From: a virus
Lineage: Duplodnaviria; Caudoviricetes
DNA: 64,000 nucleotides
IMG/VR virus record: IMGVR_UViG_3300021964_010723
Reading direction: 5' to 3' (one strand)
A program made the translations under genes and the position numbers. Of this stretch, positions 11,248 to 20,857 are shown piece after piece. Every line of letters starts with the position of its first letter. Within the stretch, counting starts at the first letter, position 1. The notes under the pieces were generated by a model. That model was not told where the DNA came from. It made no database searches and saw nothing but the letters and a program-made list of their open reading frames with translations.

Positions 11248-12819
11248 ATGGCATATATAATTAATACTTACAATACTGCTCAATTGACAGTAGTTGAAGA
11301 TGGAACAATTGATCAGACTACTGATTTAAAATTAGTAGGAAAAAATTATGCAGGATATGGTGAAATACAGAACGAAAATTTTGTATTTTTACTTGAAAAT
11401 TTTGCAGGCGCAAATGAACCACCGAAAGCCTTACCAGGACAAGCTTGGTTCGATACTAGCGATAGCAAGTTTAAGTTTTATGACGGAAGCAAGTGGAGAA
11501 CTGCTGGTGGTTCTGAAACAGGAGGACAAGCTCCTGCAGGTCTTACCACAGGAGATTTTTGGTGGGATACAACTAACGAGCAACTATACGCCTACAACGG
11601 AACTGAATGGATATTGATAGGACCACAAACAGCAGGAGAGGGCGTAACGCAGTTTCAAAGTAAGGCAATTCAAGATGCAAACGGTGTTAGTCAGTATGTT
11701 ATAGCAAGTGTTGTAAATGATGAAATAATCCATATTATAAGTGGTAGAGATTTTACAATAGGTGAAAACGATCAGGCAAAATATATTGGATTTGATAAAA
11801 TCCATGCAGGTCTTACTTTAAAAAATACTACAAATGCAACTGGGGGAGTAACAAGCACTGAACATCGATGGTGGGGAACAGCTACTAATGCAGACAGATT
11901 AGGAGGTTTAACTCTTGATAAGTTTGTACAATTTGACGAAAACTTAACATTTTCTAGTCAAGTTGGATTTGGAGATACAGGATTAGCTGTAGGCGACAGT
12001 AATGATTTACGTTTAAGAATTATAAACGATAATCAAGCAGTAATAGGAAATGAACAAGGGTATGATGTCTTTTTCCAAGTAAGAGATACTGATAATCAGG
12101 TAAGAATGCCTTTAAGATTAACGCATGATAAAGTATTACCTGGATATCAAACAGTTATAAATCCAGCTAGCACTTCTTACAACACAAATGCGGCTGGTGT
12201 AAGAATAGTTGATATAGGAAGTTCTACGGCAAGTTTTCAAAATGTTTATGCTGATAGATTCATTGGTACAGCAGATAAGGCAGATCAATTAGAAGTTTCA
12301 TACCTTACGGCAGGCAGTACTTTACAAACTGGTTATTTTACAGCAGACACTAGAGCAACGTCTGGTGTGTCTATATGTGTAAGAGATATTACTGGAGATA
12401 TACATGCAAATGTTTTTAGGGGTACAGCAACTGCAGCACAATACGCAGATTTAGCTGAGATGTATTTAAGTGATGTTGAATATGAACCTGGTACAGTCTT
12501 AGTGATAGGGGGTGAAGCAGAAGTGACTCAATCTACTTCTGATTTTGATCACAAAGTAGTCGGAGTAGTATCTACAAATCCAGCTCATGTAATGAACAGT
12601 GAATTAGAAGGGTGTACTGTTGCAGTAGCATTAAGGGGAAGGGTGCCTTGTAAGGTAGTAGGACCTGTATCTAAAGGTGATCTGTTAGTAACTTCTGCTG
12701 TAAGAGGAACAGCGAAAGCAGCTAAAGATTTAGAAAATATTAGTAATTCCTGTATTGTTGGAAAAAGTTTAGAAGATTTTTCATCAGAATCAGTTGGAAT
12801 TGTAGAAATTATTGTATAA
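11248..12819 (+). CDS. Tail fibre/appendage protein with C-terminal intramolecular chaperone (peptidase G2-like)
   Basis: Shared N-terminal domain. C-terminal ADLAEMY...VVGVVSTNPAHVMN...VALRGRVPCKVVGPVSKGDLLVTS. Confidence 0.7.
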   Translation: MAYIINTYNTAQLTVVEDGTIDQTTDLKLVGKNYAGYGEIQNENFVFLLENFAGANEPPKALPGQAWFDTSDSKFKFYDGSKWRTAGGSETGGQAPAGLTTGDFWWDTTNEQLYAYNGTEWILIGPQTAGEGVTQFQSKAIQDANGVSQYVIASVVNDEIIHIISGRDFTIGENDQAKYIGFDKIHAGLTLKNTTNATGGVTSTEHRWWGTATNADRLGGLTLDKFVQFDENLTFSSQVGFGDTGLAVGDSNDLRLRIINDNQAVIGNEQGYDVFFQVRDTDNQVRMPLRLTHDKVLPGYQTVINPASTSYNTNAAGVRIVDIGSSTASFQNVYADRFIGTADKADQLEVSYLTAGSTLQTGYFTADTRATSGVSICVRDITGDIHANVFRGTATAAQYADLAEMYLSDVEYEPGTVLVIGGEAEVTQSTSDFDHKVVGVVSTNPAHVMNSELEGCTVAVALRGRVPCKVVGPVSKGDLLVTSAVRGTAKAAKDLENISNSCIVGKSLEDFSSESVGIVEIIV

Positions 12820-12822
12820 ATA
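12815..12822 (+). promoter_or_regulatory. T4-type late promoter TATAAATA
   Basis: Exact T4 late consensus overlapping the stop of 11248, upstream of GGAG SD and ATG 12850. Confidence 0.6.
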
Positions 12823-12849
12823 AAGCTAGTAGTTTACACGGAGTTAAGT

Positions 12850-13806
12850 ATGGTATCAACAGTTTCGCAAGCTGGATCAATTAATGCACAGGATTATAAT
12901 AACCTGCATAATAAGGTTAATGAGATTTTAGGTCAAGGTTCAGGAGATTATGGTTATGGACAAACGGTAACCAGTAGCCCTGTAACAGCAACAAATTATC
13001 CAACTGTAGACGGGGATTTAGTTACTGCAACACAGTTAGATGCGTTACGGACTGATATAGAGAAATGTTGGAAGCACCAAACAAGTGCTTCTTTTACATT
13101 AGGAGACATAGCTGTTGGAGATGAAATTACAGCAGGTGCAACTACAGGTGCAGATAATAAAACTCATAATCAATATGTAAAGTATGTTAACGATATTGAT
13201 GCAAATAGGCTTAGCATAGATGCAGCAAACCAGTCTACTACTTCATTAGGTAACTCGGCTCAATACACCGCAACATGGGGTGTTGGAGCAGCTGGTAGTG
13301 CAGCAGCCCAAATTAGATATACTGCTAATGTGTCATGGAGTAGTGCAACAGCTAGAAGGCATTATTTCAATGCGGGAGGTCAGATTACAATAGATGCTTC
13401 AATGAACACATCTGAAGGAACAGGCACTAAAAATGGAAATTGGAAAGATTTGCTTAATAGGGCCGGGTTTAATTATGATAAAACAGCTGAGAATACACAG
13501 ACAACAAGCGCAATATTAAGGCAAACTACTTATGGTTCTGCTGGAGTTTACAGCGATAACTACGCAAGAATTTATACAAAAAATCTTAGCAGTACACAAC
13601 TGCAGTGTGTAATAGAATTTATAGATGGTGATATAGGTGACGATACAACTCCAAGCGATGGTTGGAATTACAGGGTAGACGAAGCGGTTACAGGAGATAT
13701 TACTGCAAGTTTAACAGACAGAACAGCTAGCGGATCATTTGTTGCAGTTACTAAACCAACCTATGCTTTTGTAGGATTTTCAACTTTTACTGGCACTTAT
13801 ACTTAA
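12850..13806 (+). CDS. Virion structural protein (fibre/collar-like)
   Basis: 318 aa, Thr/Gly/Ala-rich, follows a late promoter in the structural cluster. Confidence 0.55.
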   Translation: MVSTVSQAGSINAQDYNNLHNKVNEILGQGSGDYGYGQTVTSSPVTATNYPTVDGDLVTATQLDALRTDIEKCWKHQTSASFTLGDIAVGDEITAGATTGADNKTHNQYVKYVNDIDANRLSIDAANQSTTSLGNSAQYTATWGVGAAGSAAAQIRYTANVSWSSATARRHYFNAGGQITIDASMNTSEGTGTKNGNWKDLLNRAGFNYDKTAENTQTTSAILRQTTYGSAGVYSDNYARIYTKNLSSTQLQCVIEFIDGDIGDDTTPSDGWNYRVDEAVTGDITASLTDRTASGSFVAVTKPTYAFVGFSTFTGTYT

Positions 13807-13818
13807 AAAATAGAATTT

Positions 13819-14172
13819 ATGGATTCTAGATTAATAGATGCACTCGATTTTTCTAATTATCTCTTTTCTTTAACTAAACAAAAAGAATTAGCATTACACA
13901 AATTTGAAGAAAATTTAATTTTCTACAATAACGGCGGAACTTTTGTTATTACTTTAGATCTTATTAATTATTGTCAATTGTTAATAAGTAATGATCAAAA
14001 ACAAATCGTACTAATAGATAAAAATTCTATTCCAATCTTAATTAGTGATTTAACAAACTTTTTTGCAAAATTAGTGCAGCAGTACGAAAGAGCAAAAGAA
14101 AATTATTTTGAAGAATATTCAAAAATTATTAAATCTAGAGCCATAGAACAGATAATAGGTTTAGATGAATAA
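13819..14172 (+). CDS. Hypothetical protein (possible fibre assembly factor)
   Basis: 117 aa ORF overlapping the next gene by 8 nt; function inferred from position only. Confidence 0.5.
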   Translation: MDSRLIDALDFSNYLFSLTKQKELALHKFEENLIFYNNGGTFVITLDLINYCQLLISNDQKQIVLIDKNSIPILISDLTNFFAKLVQQYERAKENYFEEYSKIIKSRAIEQIIGLDE

Positions 14173-14986
14173 AGGTATTTTAGTTTTTGCTAAAAACAAT
14201 AATTCCATCAATTATGTAAATCAAGCTAAATTTTTAGCAAAACAATCACAAAAATATTTAGATTTACCCGTTTCAATTGTTACAGACAATCCAATAGATA
14301 ATAATGTTTGGTTTGATAAAGTAATTTTATACGATAATTATGCAAAGCAATACAAAAAGTATAATGATGGACATTTAGAAGGAAAAGTTGATTATTTTTT
14401 TAATTCTGCTAGACAATTTGCTTTTGAGTTATCTCCATATGATCAAACTTTGATGTTAGATACTGACATTGTTATAATGAATGACAAATATTTACAATGT
14501 TTTGAACAAAGTGATGATTTTTTGATTTATCATGATGCAGTAGATATTGCAAATTCAAGAGATTATTATGAATTTACATACATTTCTGAAGAAAGTATAA
14601 AATTTTATTGGGCTACTGCGGTTTATTTTACAAAATCTAAAAAAAATCAAATTTTCTTTAACTTACTTCAACATATATATGAAAATTGGAATCATTATAG
14701 TTTGATGTTTAAAATTAAACAAAAATATTTTAGAAATGATCATGCTTTTAGTATTGCAATTCATTTATTACATAGCTATACTAAAAGCAGTGTAAAATCT
14801 ATGCCTGGAAAATTATTTTATACTATCGATAAAGATATTTGTGTAAGTATTAATGAAAATAAAATTTTTCTTTTATTAGAAAAATCAAACGAACCTATAA
14901 ATTATTATCCTGTTTCTGTAGGTAATTTAAATTTACATATAATGAACAAGTTTAGTTTAGATAAATGTATTGCTAATATGATATGA
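14165..14986 (+). CDS. Glycosyltransferase-like protein (GT-A fold)
   Basis: LPVSIVTD and SPYDQTLMLDTDIVI (DxD) are typical of GT8-like nucleotide-diphospho-sugar transferases. Confidence 0.65.
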   Translation: MNKGILVFAKNNNSINYVNQAKFLAKQSQKYLDLPVSIVTDNPIDNNVWFDKVILYDNYAKQYKKYNDGHLEGKVDYFFNSARQFAFELSPYDQTLMLDTDIVIMNDKYLQCFEQSDDFLIYHDAVDIANSRDYYEFTYISEESIKFYWATAVYFTKSKKNQIFFNLLQHIYENWNHYSLMFKIKQKYFRNDHAFSIAIHLLHSYTKSSVKSMPGKLFYTIDKDICVSINENKIFLLLEKSNEPINYYPVSVGNLNLHIMNKFSLDKCIANMI

Positions 14987-15801
14987 AATTAGGTATTGTA
15001 ATTTGTGCATTTGGAAAAGATTATATAACGCAAGCAGAATTATTTGTTCTTAGCTTAAAATCTTGTAATGTAACTCTTCCTGTTACTTTAATTACTTCTT
15101 GTAAAGAAAATATATCTTTAGATTATTTTTTTGATAATATAATTGAAATTCCTAACAATATAGAGGACACATTTTATCATGTAGATATAAGGTCTAATAT
15201 ATATTTTTTATCTCCTTATGATTTTACTTTTGTCTTTGATACAGATATATTAATTTTAGAGAATTTATATGATAATTTAGTCAACCTTTCTAATAAAGTT
15301 GATATGTTTTATACATCAAAGGTTTTTACCTACAGAGGAGATGAAATAATTAAAGATTGTTACTACCGTTCCGTTTTTTTAGATAATAATCTACCTAATA
15401 TATATAACGGGTTCTCTGCTTTTAAAAAAACAAATAGCAATGATATATTTTTTTCTTTACTTAAGAAAATTAATAAAAATTGGCAAGTTGTATATAAAAT
15501 GTTTTGCCCATTAAATACACCTAAGAATGCAAGTATGGATGTGTCTACTGCAATTGTATGCAAAATATTAGATATTAATCCAATCTATAAATTTAATGCT
15601 AAATTTGTTCATATGAAAGCTAAAAATCAAAATTGGAAAACTAATCCTTATTATTGGCAAGATAAAGTGCAAACATTTTTAACACCAAATTTAGATTTTT
15701 ATGTAGAAACTTTTAAACAAAAAGGAATTTTTCATTATACTGAAAATGCTTTTTGTAACGAAAATATGGTTAATACATATAAAAGTTATTTAAGTTTATG
15801 A
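14983..15801 (+). CDS. Glycosyltransferase-like protein (GT-A fold), paralog
   Basis: LPVTLIT and SPYDFTFVFDTDILI (DxD); ATGA overlap with the previous gene. Confidence 0.65.
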   Translation: MKLGIVICAFGKDYITQAELFVLSLKSCNVTLPVTLITSCKENISLDYFFDNIIEIPNNIEDTFYHVDIRSNIYFLSPYDFTFVFDTDILILENLYDNLVNLSNKVDMFYTSKVFTYRGDEIIKDCYYRSVFLDNNLPNIYNGFSAFKKTNSNDIFFSLLKKINKNWQVVYKMFCPLNTPKNASMDVSTAIVCKILDINPIYKFNAKFVHMKAKNQNWKTNPYYWQDKVQTFLTPNLDFYVETFKQKGIFHYTENAFCNENMVNTYKSYLSL

Positions 15802-16349
15802 ATTATATATCATTTACTCCGGATAATGGAGAAATTTATAAAATTGCTCCGCATGCACCTTTACAAAAAGAAACATATATATGTGTAAAAACTAGTGAAG
15901 TTGTTCCTATTTTAACAGCTAAGTATCCTGTTTTATATAATTATCATGTTGTATATGATGAAAAGTCCTTTCAATATGTTTTAAAAAAGAAAGATGCAGA
16001 GATTGCAAAAGATAAAAGTCTAGGTAAATTATTTAATATACCTAATAAAAATAGCAATGCTAGCGTACAGATAACTGTAGATAAAGTTTCTAAACAATAC
16101 ATTGTAAAGATAAGTAAAACTGACGCAATAAAAATTTATGAAAAAAAATTATTGTTAAGTAAAACCTTTAGTGTTACAGAAGAAAATAATCCATTTATTC
16201 TTTACGAATCATTTACAGTTTATTTCAATCAAGACAAATTACAAAATACTTATAAAATACCTATTACTAATTTAGATGTATATACAAAGAAAAATTTTAG
16301 TATTTTTACAAAAAAACAATTTAGTTCATATTCTTATAAAATAAAATGA
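15798..16349 (+). CDS. Hypothetical protein
   Basis: 183 aa, 4-nt overlaps on both sides. Confidence 0.6.
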   Translation: MNYISFTPDNGEIYKIAPHAPLQKETYICVKTSEVVPILTAKYPVLYNYHVVYDEKSFQYVLKKKDAEIAKDKSLGKLFNIPNKNSNASVQITVDKVSKQYIVKISKTDAIKIYEKKLLLSKTFSVTEENNPFILYESFTVYFNQDKLQNTYKIPITNLDVYTKKNFSIFTKKQFSSYSYKIK

Positions 16350-18835
16350 AAAATATACTACGTGTAATCGATAATGACGTAATTTTTTTGTCTTACGATG
16401 AACCAAATGCTGAAAAGAACTATGCAGATTTATTAACAAAAATACCCTGGGCTAAACGAATACACGGTGTGCATGGTTCTGATTCTGCACATAAAGAATG
16501 TGCAAAGATAAGCGAAACAGAAAGATTGATAGTTATAGATGGTGACAATATTGTTGACGAAAATTTTGTAAACGAAGAAATAAATTTTATAAAGAATGTT
16601 GATATAACAAAAAATGTAATTAGTTGGCCAGGAAGGAATATTATAAATGGCTTAATTTATGGCAATGGCGGTATTAAATGTTGGGACAAGCAAACTTTGC
16701 TTGATATAAAAACGCACGAAAATGCCGATCCAAATAATATACATGCACAAGTTGATTTTTGTTGGGATATAGAATATATTACAATGCAAAAGTCAATGAG
16801 TGTTGTAGAAAATAACTTTACACCTCAACAAGCATGGCGAGCTGGGTTCCGAGAAGGTGTTAAAATGTGCTTGTTAGAAGGTGTTAAACCGTCTATAGAA
16901 GAATTTAATAAAATACATTGGAAAAATTTGCATAGATTGTACATATGGTGTATGACAGGACAAGATGTGAAAAATGGAATATATGCTATATTAGGCGCTA
17001 GGCAAGGTTTCTACAAAACTATGTGTACTGACTGGGATTTTATAAATGTTAGAGATTTTGCTTATTTAAATACTTTATGGAATGATGAATTAGAAGGTGT
17101 AGATGAAAATAGTGCTGCTGATCTTGCACAACAGTTTGGAGATAAAATTAAACAGCAGTTAGATATACCTATTTCTAGTTTACCATTAAGCATAGATCAA
17201 AGTAAATTCCATAAAACTACATTTACAAATAGCATTAGACCAAAGCATCCTTTGTTAGCTGCGGACAAAGAAACAGCAAGTTATGATATTGTAATGATAA
17301 CATACAACGAATTGAATGGCACAGAAAATTACAATAGATTAAAAGACAGATTTACAAATGTAAAAAGGATTCATAAAGTAAAAGGAATACATCAAGCCCA
17401 TATAGCAGCCGCAGAGATATGTGAGACTGATATGATGTGGGTAGTAGACGGTGATGCAGAAATTGTAGAAGATTTTTGTTTTGATTATATAGTTCCTAAC
17501 AATGAAAAACAGTTTGTACATGTTTGGCGCAGCAAAAATCCTATAAATGATTTAGAATATGGCTATGGAGGTGTAAAATTATTACCTACAGATATGACAC
17601 GTAATATGGATTTATCAAAACCAGACATGACCACAAGCATAAGTAGACATTTTAAGAAAATGGATCAGGTTAGTAATTATACACGATTTAACGTAGATAA
17701 GTTTACTACCTGGCGTAGTGCATTTAGAGAGTGTTGTAAATTAGCAAGTTCGGTAATTGATAGACAAAAACAGCAAGAAACAGATGAAAGATTAGAACGT
17801 TGGTGCAGTGATTATGGAAAAGATAGGCCATTTGGCGAATATGCAATATTAGGTGCAAATGAAGGCAAAGTATATGGTATCGAAAATGCTGGTAATTATG
17901 ATATGCTTGCTAAAATAAATGATTTTGATTGGCTTCTTTCTACATTTAATAATGAGGATACAAGTAATTTAATTAATCAAAATGAAAAAGATTTTGATTA
18001 TGATAAAGTTAATAATATAGAATTTATTCATGGTTTGCATGAATATGCAGTATATAAATCTGAAAAAAATGTAGCAGAAAATTTAGATAATATTTTGAAA
18101 ATACTATATTCTGACAATATTTCTAAACATTTAATTTTAGATGTTTTAATGAATAGTTCAGGTGAGAATACAAGGTATTTTAGATTTGTGAGAGATTTTG
18201 TAAAAAAAGGTAAAAATTTAAAAATTTTGTCCGATGCATTTAGTCGTAGTCAAATGCGTAGTAAAATTTGGTTAGTTGATGAATTAGCTAAAATAATGCC
18301 TAATCCACGTAATGTTGTATTAATGGCAGGATGGTATGGACAGTTAATTGATTTGTTTGGTGACAAAGATATAGATAAAATAACCTTTAGGAAATTTAGA
18401 AATATAGAGATAGATAAAGAATGTTGTATAGAAAGTGATTATAATTTTAATTTACGTAGACTAGAAGAGCATAAAGTTAAAGCAGTAAAAGCAGATATTA
18501 ATAATCTCACCCTACATGAAAATGGATACGAATGGGAAGTGGAAACTTTTAAAACTGGAGAAAAATATGTAGAAAAATTCTTACCAGATTTAATTATTAA
18601 TACAAGTTCTGAACATATGACAACCGAATGGTTTAATCAAATACGTTTTAAAAAATGGATAAAAAAACCTTTGGTTGTAATTCAAAATAATAATTTTTTT
18701 GGAATACCCGAACATGTAAATTGTGTGCATAGTGTTGATCATATGAAAAAAGTATTTCCTATGGAAGAAATATTATTTGAAGGAGAATTACAGCTTAAAG
18801 GTTATAAACGTGTAATGTTAATAGGGTATGCATGA
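16346..18835 (+). CDS. Tandem glycosyltransferase-like domains fused to a class I SAM methyltransferase-like domain
   Basis: Two similar domains (..SY(D/N)E..KRIH.V.G...AH...VIDGD / VVDGD...GG(I/V)K...WR..FRE..K). C-terminal DAFSRSQ..KIWL..VVLMAGWYG...INTSSEHM. Confidence 0.65.
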   Translation: MKNILRVIDNDVIFLSYDEPNAEKNYADLLTKIPWAKRIHGVHGSDSAHKECAKISETERLIVIDGDNIVDENFVNEEINFIKNVDITKNVISWPGRNIINGLIYGNGGIKCWDKQTLLDIKTHENADPNNIHAQVDFCWDIEYITMQKSMSVVENNFTPQQAWRAGFREGVKMCLLEGVKPSIEEFNKIHWKNLHRLYIWCMTGQDVKNGIYAILGARQGFYKTMCTDWDFINVRDFAYLNTLWNDELEGVDENSAADLAQQFGDKIKQQLDIPISSLPLSIDQSKFHKTTFTNSIRPKHPLLAADKETASYDIVMITYNELNGTENYNRLKDRFTNVKRIHKVKGIHQAHIAAAEICETDMMWVVDGDAEIVEDFCFDYIVPNNEKQFVHVWRSKNPINDLEYGYGGVKLLPTDMTRNMDLSKPDMTTSISRHFKKMDQVSNYTRFNVDKFTTWRSAFRECCKLASSVIDRQKQQETDERLERWCSDYGKDRPFGEYAILGANEGKVYGIENAGNYDMLAKINDFDWLLSTFNNEDTSNLINQNEKDFDYDKVNNIEFIHGLHEYAVYKSEKNVAENLDNILKILYSDNISKHLILDVLMNSSGENTRYFRFVRDFVKKGKNLKILSDAFSRSQMRSKIWLVDELAKIMPNPRNVVLMAGWYGQLIDLFGDKDIDKITFRKFRNIEIDKECCIESDYNFNLRRLEEHKVKAVKADINNLTLHENGYEWEVETFKTGEKYVEKFLPDLIINTSSEHMTTEWFNQIRFKKWIKKPLVVIQNNNFFGIPEHVNCVHSVDHMKKVFPMEEILFEGELQLKGYKRVMLIGYA

Positions 18836-19050
18836 ATTTAGAAAATTTTAGTCTAAGAAAGCTACAAAAAGAAAGTGCTCGTGCATTAGCTACAATAGAA
18901 GCTACAAACGATAGAATATATCAATTTAATAAGCAAGCGCATCATGACAGTCAAAATTGGTACAAAACTGTTATAACCTGGTATGTAGGTAAATATAATG
19001 GTCTTCCAAGTGAGATAGGTCCAGGAAAGGATATTAAGATAATATGTTAA
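18832..19050 (+). CDS. Small hypothetical protein
   Basis: 72 aa, overlaps both neighbours. Confidence 0.55.
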   Translation: MNLENFSLRKLQKESARALATIEATNDRIYQFNKQAHHDSQNWYKTVITWYVGKYNGLPSEIGPGKDIKIIC

Positions 19051-19781
19051 ATAAAGTCCCAAACATAATTGTTATAGGCTGTAGTTGGTCTAAATGGGGA
19101 GACAACGATTTTTTCAGCAATTCATCTTTAAAAAAAGATAGTGTAAGTAGTTGGCCATTATTGCTGAGTGAGCAATATGATTGTAATGTTGAAAATTTCT
19201 CGCTATTAGGTAACAGTATAGCTTTTCAGTTTTATACTTTTTTAGAAATTCTAAAAAATTACAAATTAGAAGAAATTGATTTAATAATTTTACAAATAAC
19301 ATCTTTTTATAGGCAATCTTTTAAAATATCAAATAGTAAGTTTCAAAAGACGAATATTAAAGAAGATTTAAAGATTATTACACCTAAATATAGAAGTTTA
19401 AAATGTGATAGAATTGAACATCATAATCCTTATGCTCCGGCAAAATTTTTTAATCTTGGTAATAAGTCATTTTTTAGAAGATTATGTACAATGAATGCAA
19501 AATATTCTATTAATGCTGCTATAGAATTTGAAATAGCATGGATTGATAAAATATTAATTTTATGTAAAGAAAAAAATATACCTTGTCTTCCTTGGCAATA
19601 TAGCAATGGAAATAACTTTTGGGAATATGAAAAAGCTGAGTTTATTCTTGAAAAAGAATTATCTAATAAATTATGGCAAAAGTTTATAGTAGATGAAGGA
19701 AAACATTTTAACACAAAAGGACAACAATATATATTAGATCATTTTTTGTTAGACAGAATACGTAAATATGTACAATTATGA
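19044..19781 (+). CDS. SGNH/GDSL hydrolase-like protein
   Basis: IIVIGCSWS (block I), LLGNS (block II), DEGKHFN (block V). Confidence 0.55.
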   Translation: MLNKVPNIIVIGCSWSKWGDNDFFSNSSLKKDSVSSWPLLLSEQYDCNVENFSLLGNSIAFQFYTFLEILKNYKLEEIDLIILQITSFYRQSFKISNSKFQKTNIKEDLKIITPKYRSLKCDRIEHHNPYAPAKFFNLGNKSFFRRLCTMNAKYSINAAIEFEIAWIDKILILCKEKNIPCLPWQYSNGNNFWEYEKAEFILEKELSNKLWQKFIVDEGKHFNTKGQQYILDHFLLDRIRKYVQL

Positions 19782-20841
19782 AGATATAAAAACAATTCAT
19801 TTAGAAATAACACAAAATTGTCAAGCTTCATGTCCTATGTGTGATAGGAATCAAAATGGCGGCGCATTAAATCCTCATATTAATTTAGATGAATTAACAA
19901 TAGATGATGTAAAAAATATATTCACAGCAGATTTTATTTCGCAATTATCTACTATGTATATGTGTGGTAATTTAGGCGATCCTATTGTTGCTCGTGATAC
20001 TTTAGAAGTTTTTGAATATTTTAGGAGTAATAATTCTAAAATGTGGTTGAGTATGAATACAAATGCAGGTGCTAGAGATGAGAATTGGTGGCAAGAACTT
20101 GCTAAAATTTATGGCAGGATGGGTGCTGTTATTTTTAGTGTAGATGGATTGCAAGATACAAATCATATTTATAGGCAAGGTGTAGTTTGGGAAAATGTAG
20201 AACGGTCTATGCGTAGTTTTACAGGTGCAGGAGGTAGAGGCCGCTGGGATTTTTTAATTTTTGATCATAACCAACATCAAGTAGAAGAAGCAGAACGGTT
20301 AAGTAAAGAATGGGGTTTTGAAAAATTTATTAAGAAAAAAACTGGACGGTTTGTAACAGCAAATGTTGAAGCAAAGGACACACATCAAGCAGTCAACAAA
20401 AAAGGTAAAAAGACTGCAGAGATAGCAAAACCTAAAGATGAATTTCAAAATATTGCAATTAAAAATTTACCAATATTATTAGAAAAATATGGCACTATGC
20501 ATAATTATTATAATAAAGTACCAATTTTTTGTAAAGTAAAAAAAGATGGTAGTTTATTCATTACTGCAGAAGGCTTAGCATTACCTTGTTGTTGGACAGC
20601 CGGCCGTATGTATAAATGGTGGCATGAAGACCCTAAAATAGAACAAATATGGAGTTTTATTGATAACAAATCTAAAATTAATGCAAAGAATGGGTTACAT
20701 CAAGTATTTGCCAGTGGAATTTTTGAAACTATAGAACAAAGTTGGAAGAAAACTTCTTGTGATAATGGAAGATTAAAAGTTTGTGCAATGAAATGTGGAG
20801 TAGAATTTGATCCTTTTTCCGCTCAATTTATAAAAAGTTAA
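19768..20841 (+). CDS. Radical SAM protein with C-terminal twitch/SPASM-like domain
   Basis: CQASCPMC cluster motif, GNLGDP, C-terminal PCCW...CAMKC. Confidence 0.85.
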   Translation: MYNYEDIKTIHLEITQNCQASCPMCDRNQNGGALNPHINLDELTIDDVKNIFTADFISQLSTMYMCGNLGDPIVARDTLEVFEYFRSNNSKMWLSMNTNAGARDENWWQELAKIYGRMGAVIFSVDGLQDTNHIYRQGVVWENVERSMRSFTGAGGRGRWDFLIFDHNQHQVEEAERLSKEWGFEKFIKKKTGRFVTANVEAKDTHQAVNKKGKKTAEIAKPKDEFQNIAIKNLPILLEKYGTMHNYYNKVPIFCKVKKDGSLFITAEGLALPCCWTAGRMYKWWHEDPKIEQIWSFIDNKSKINAKNGLHQVFASGIFETIEQSWKKTSCDNGRLKVCAMKCGVEFDPFSAQFIKS

Positions 20842-20857
20842 TATGGGAAAAAAATAA

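Noticed and set aside
7077-12819. Diversity-generating retroelement acting on fibre tips
   Set aside because: No reverse transcriptase and no template/variable repeat pair seen in the window.
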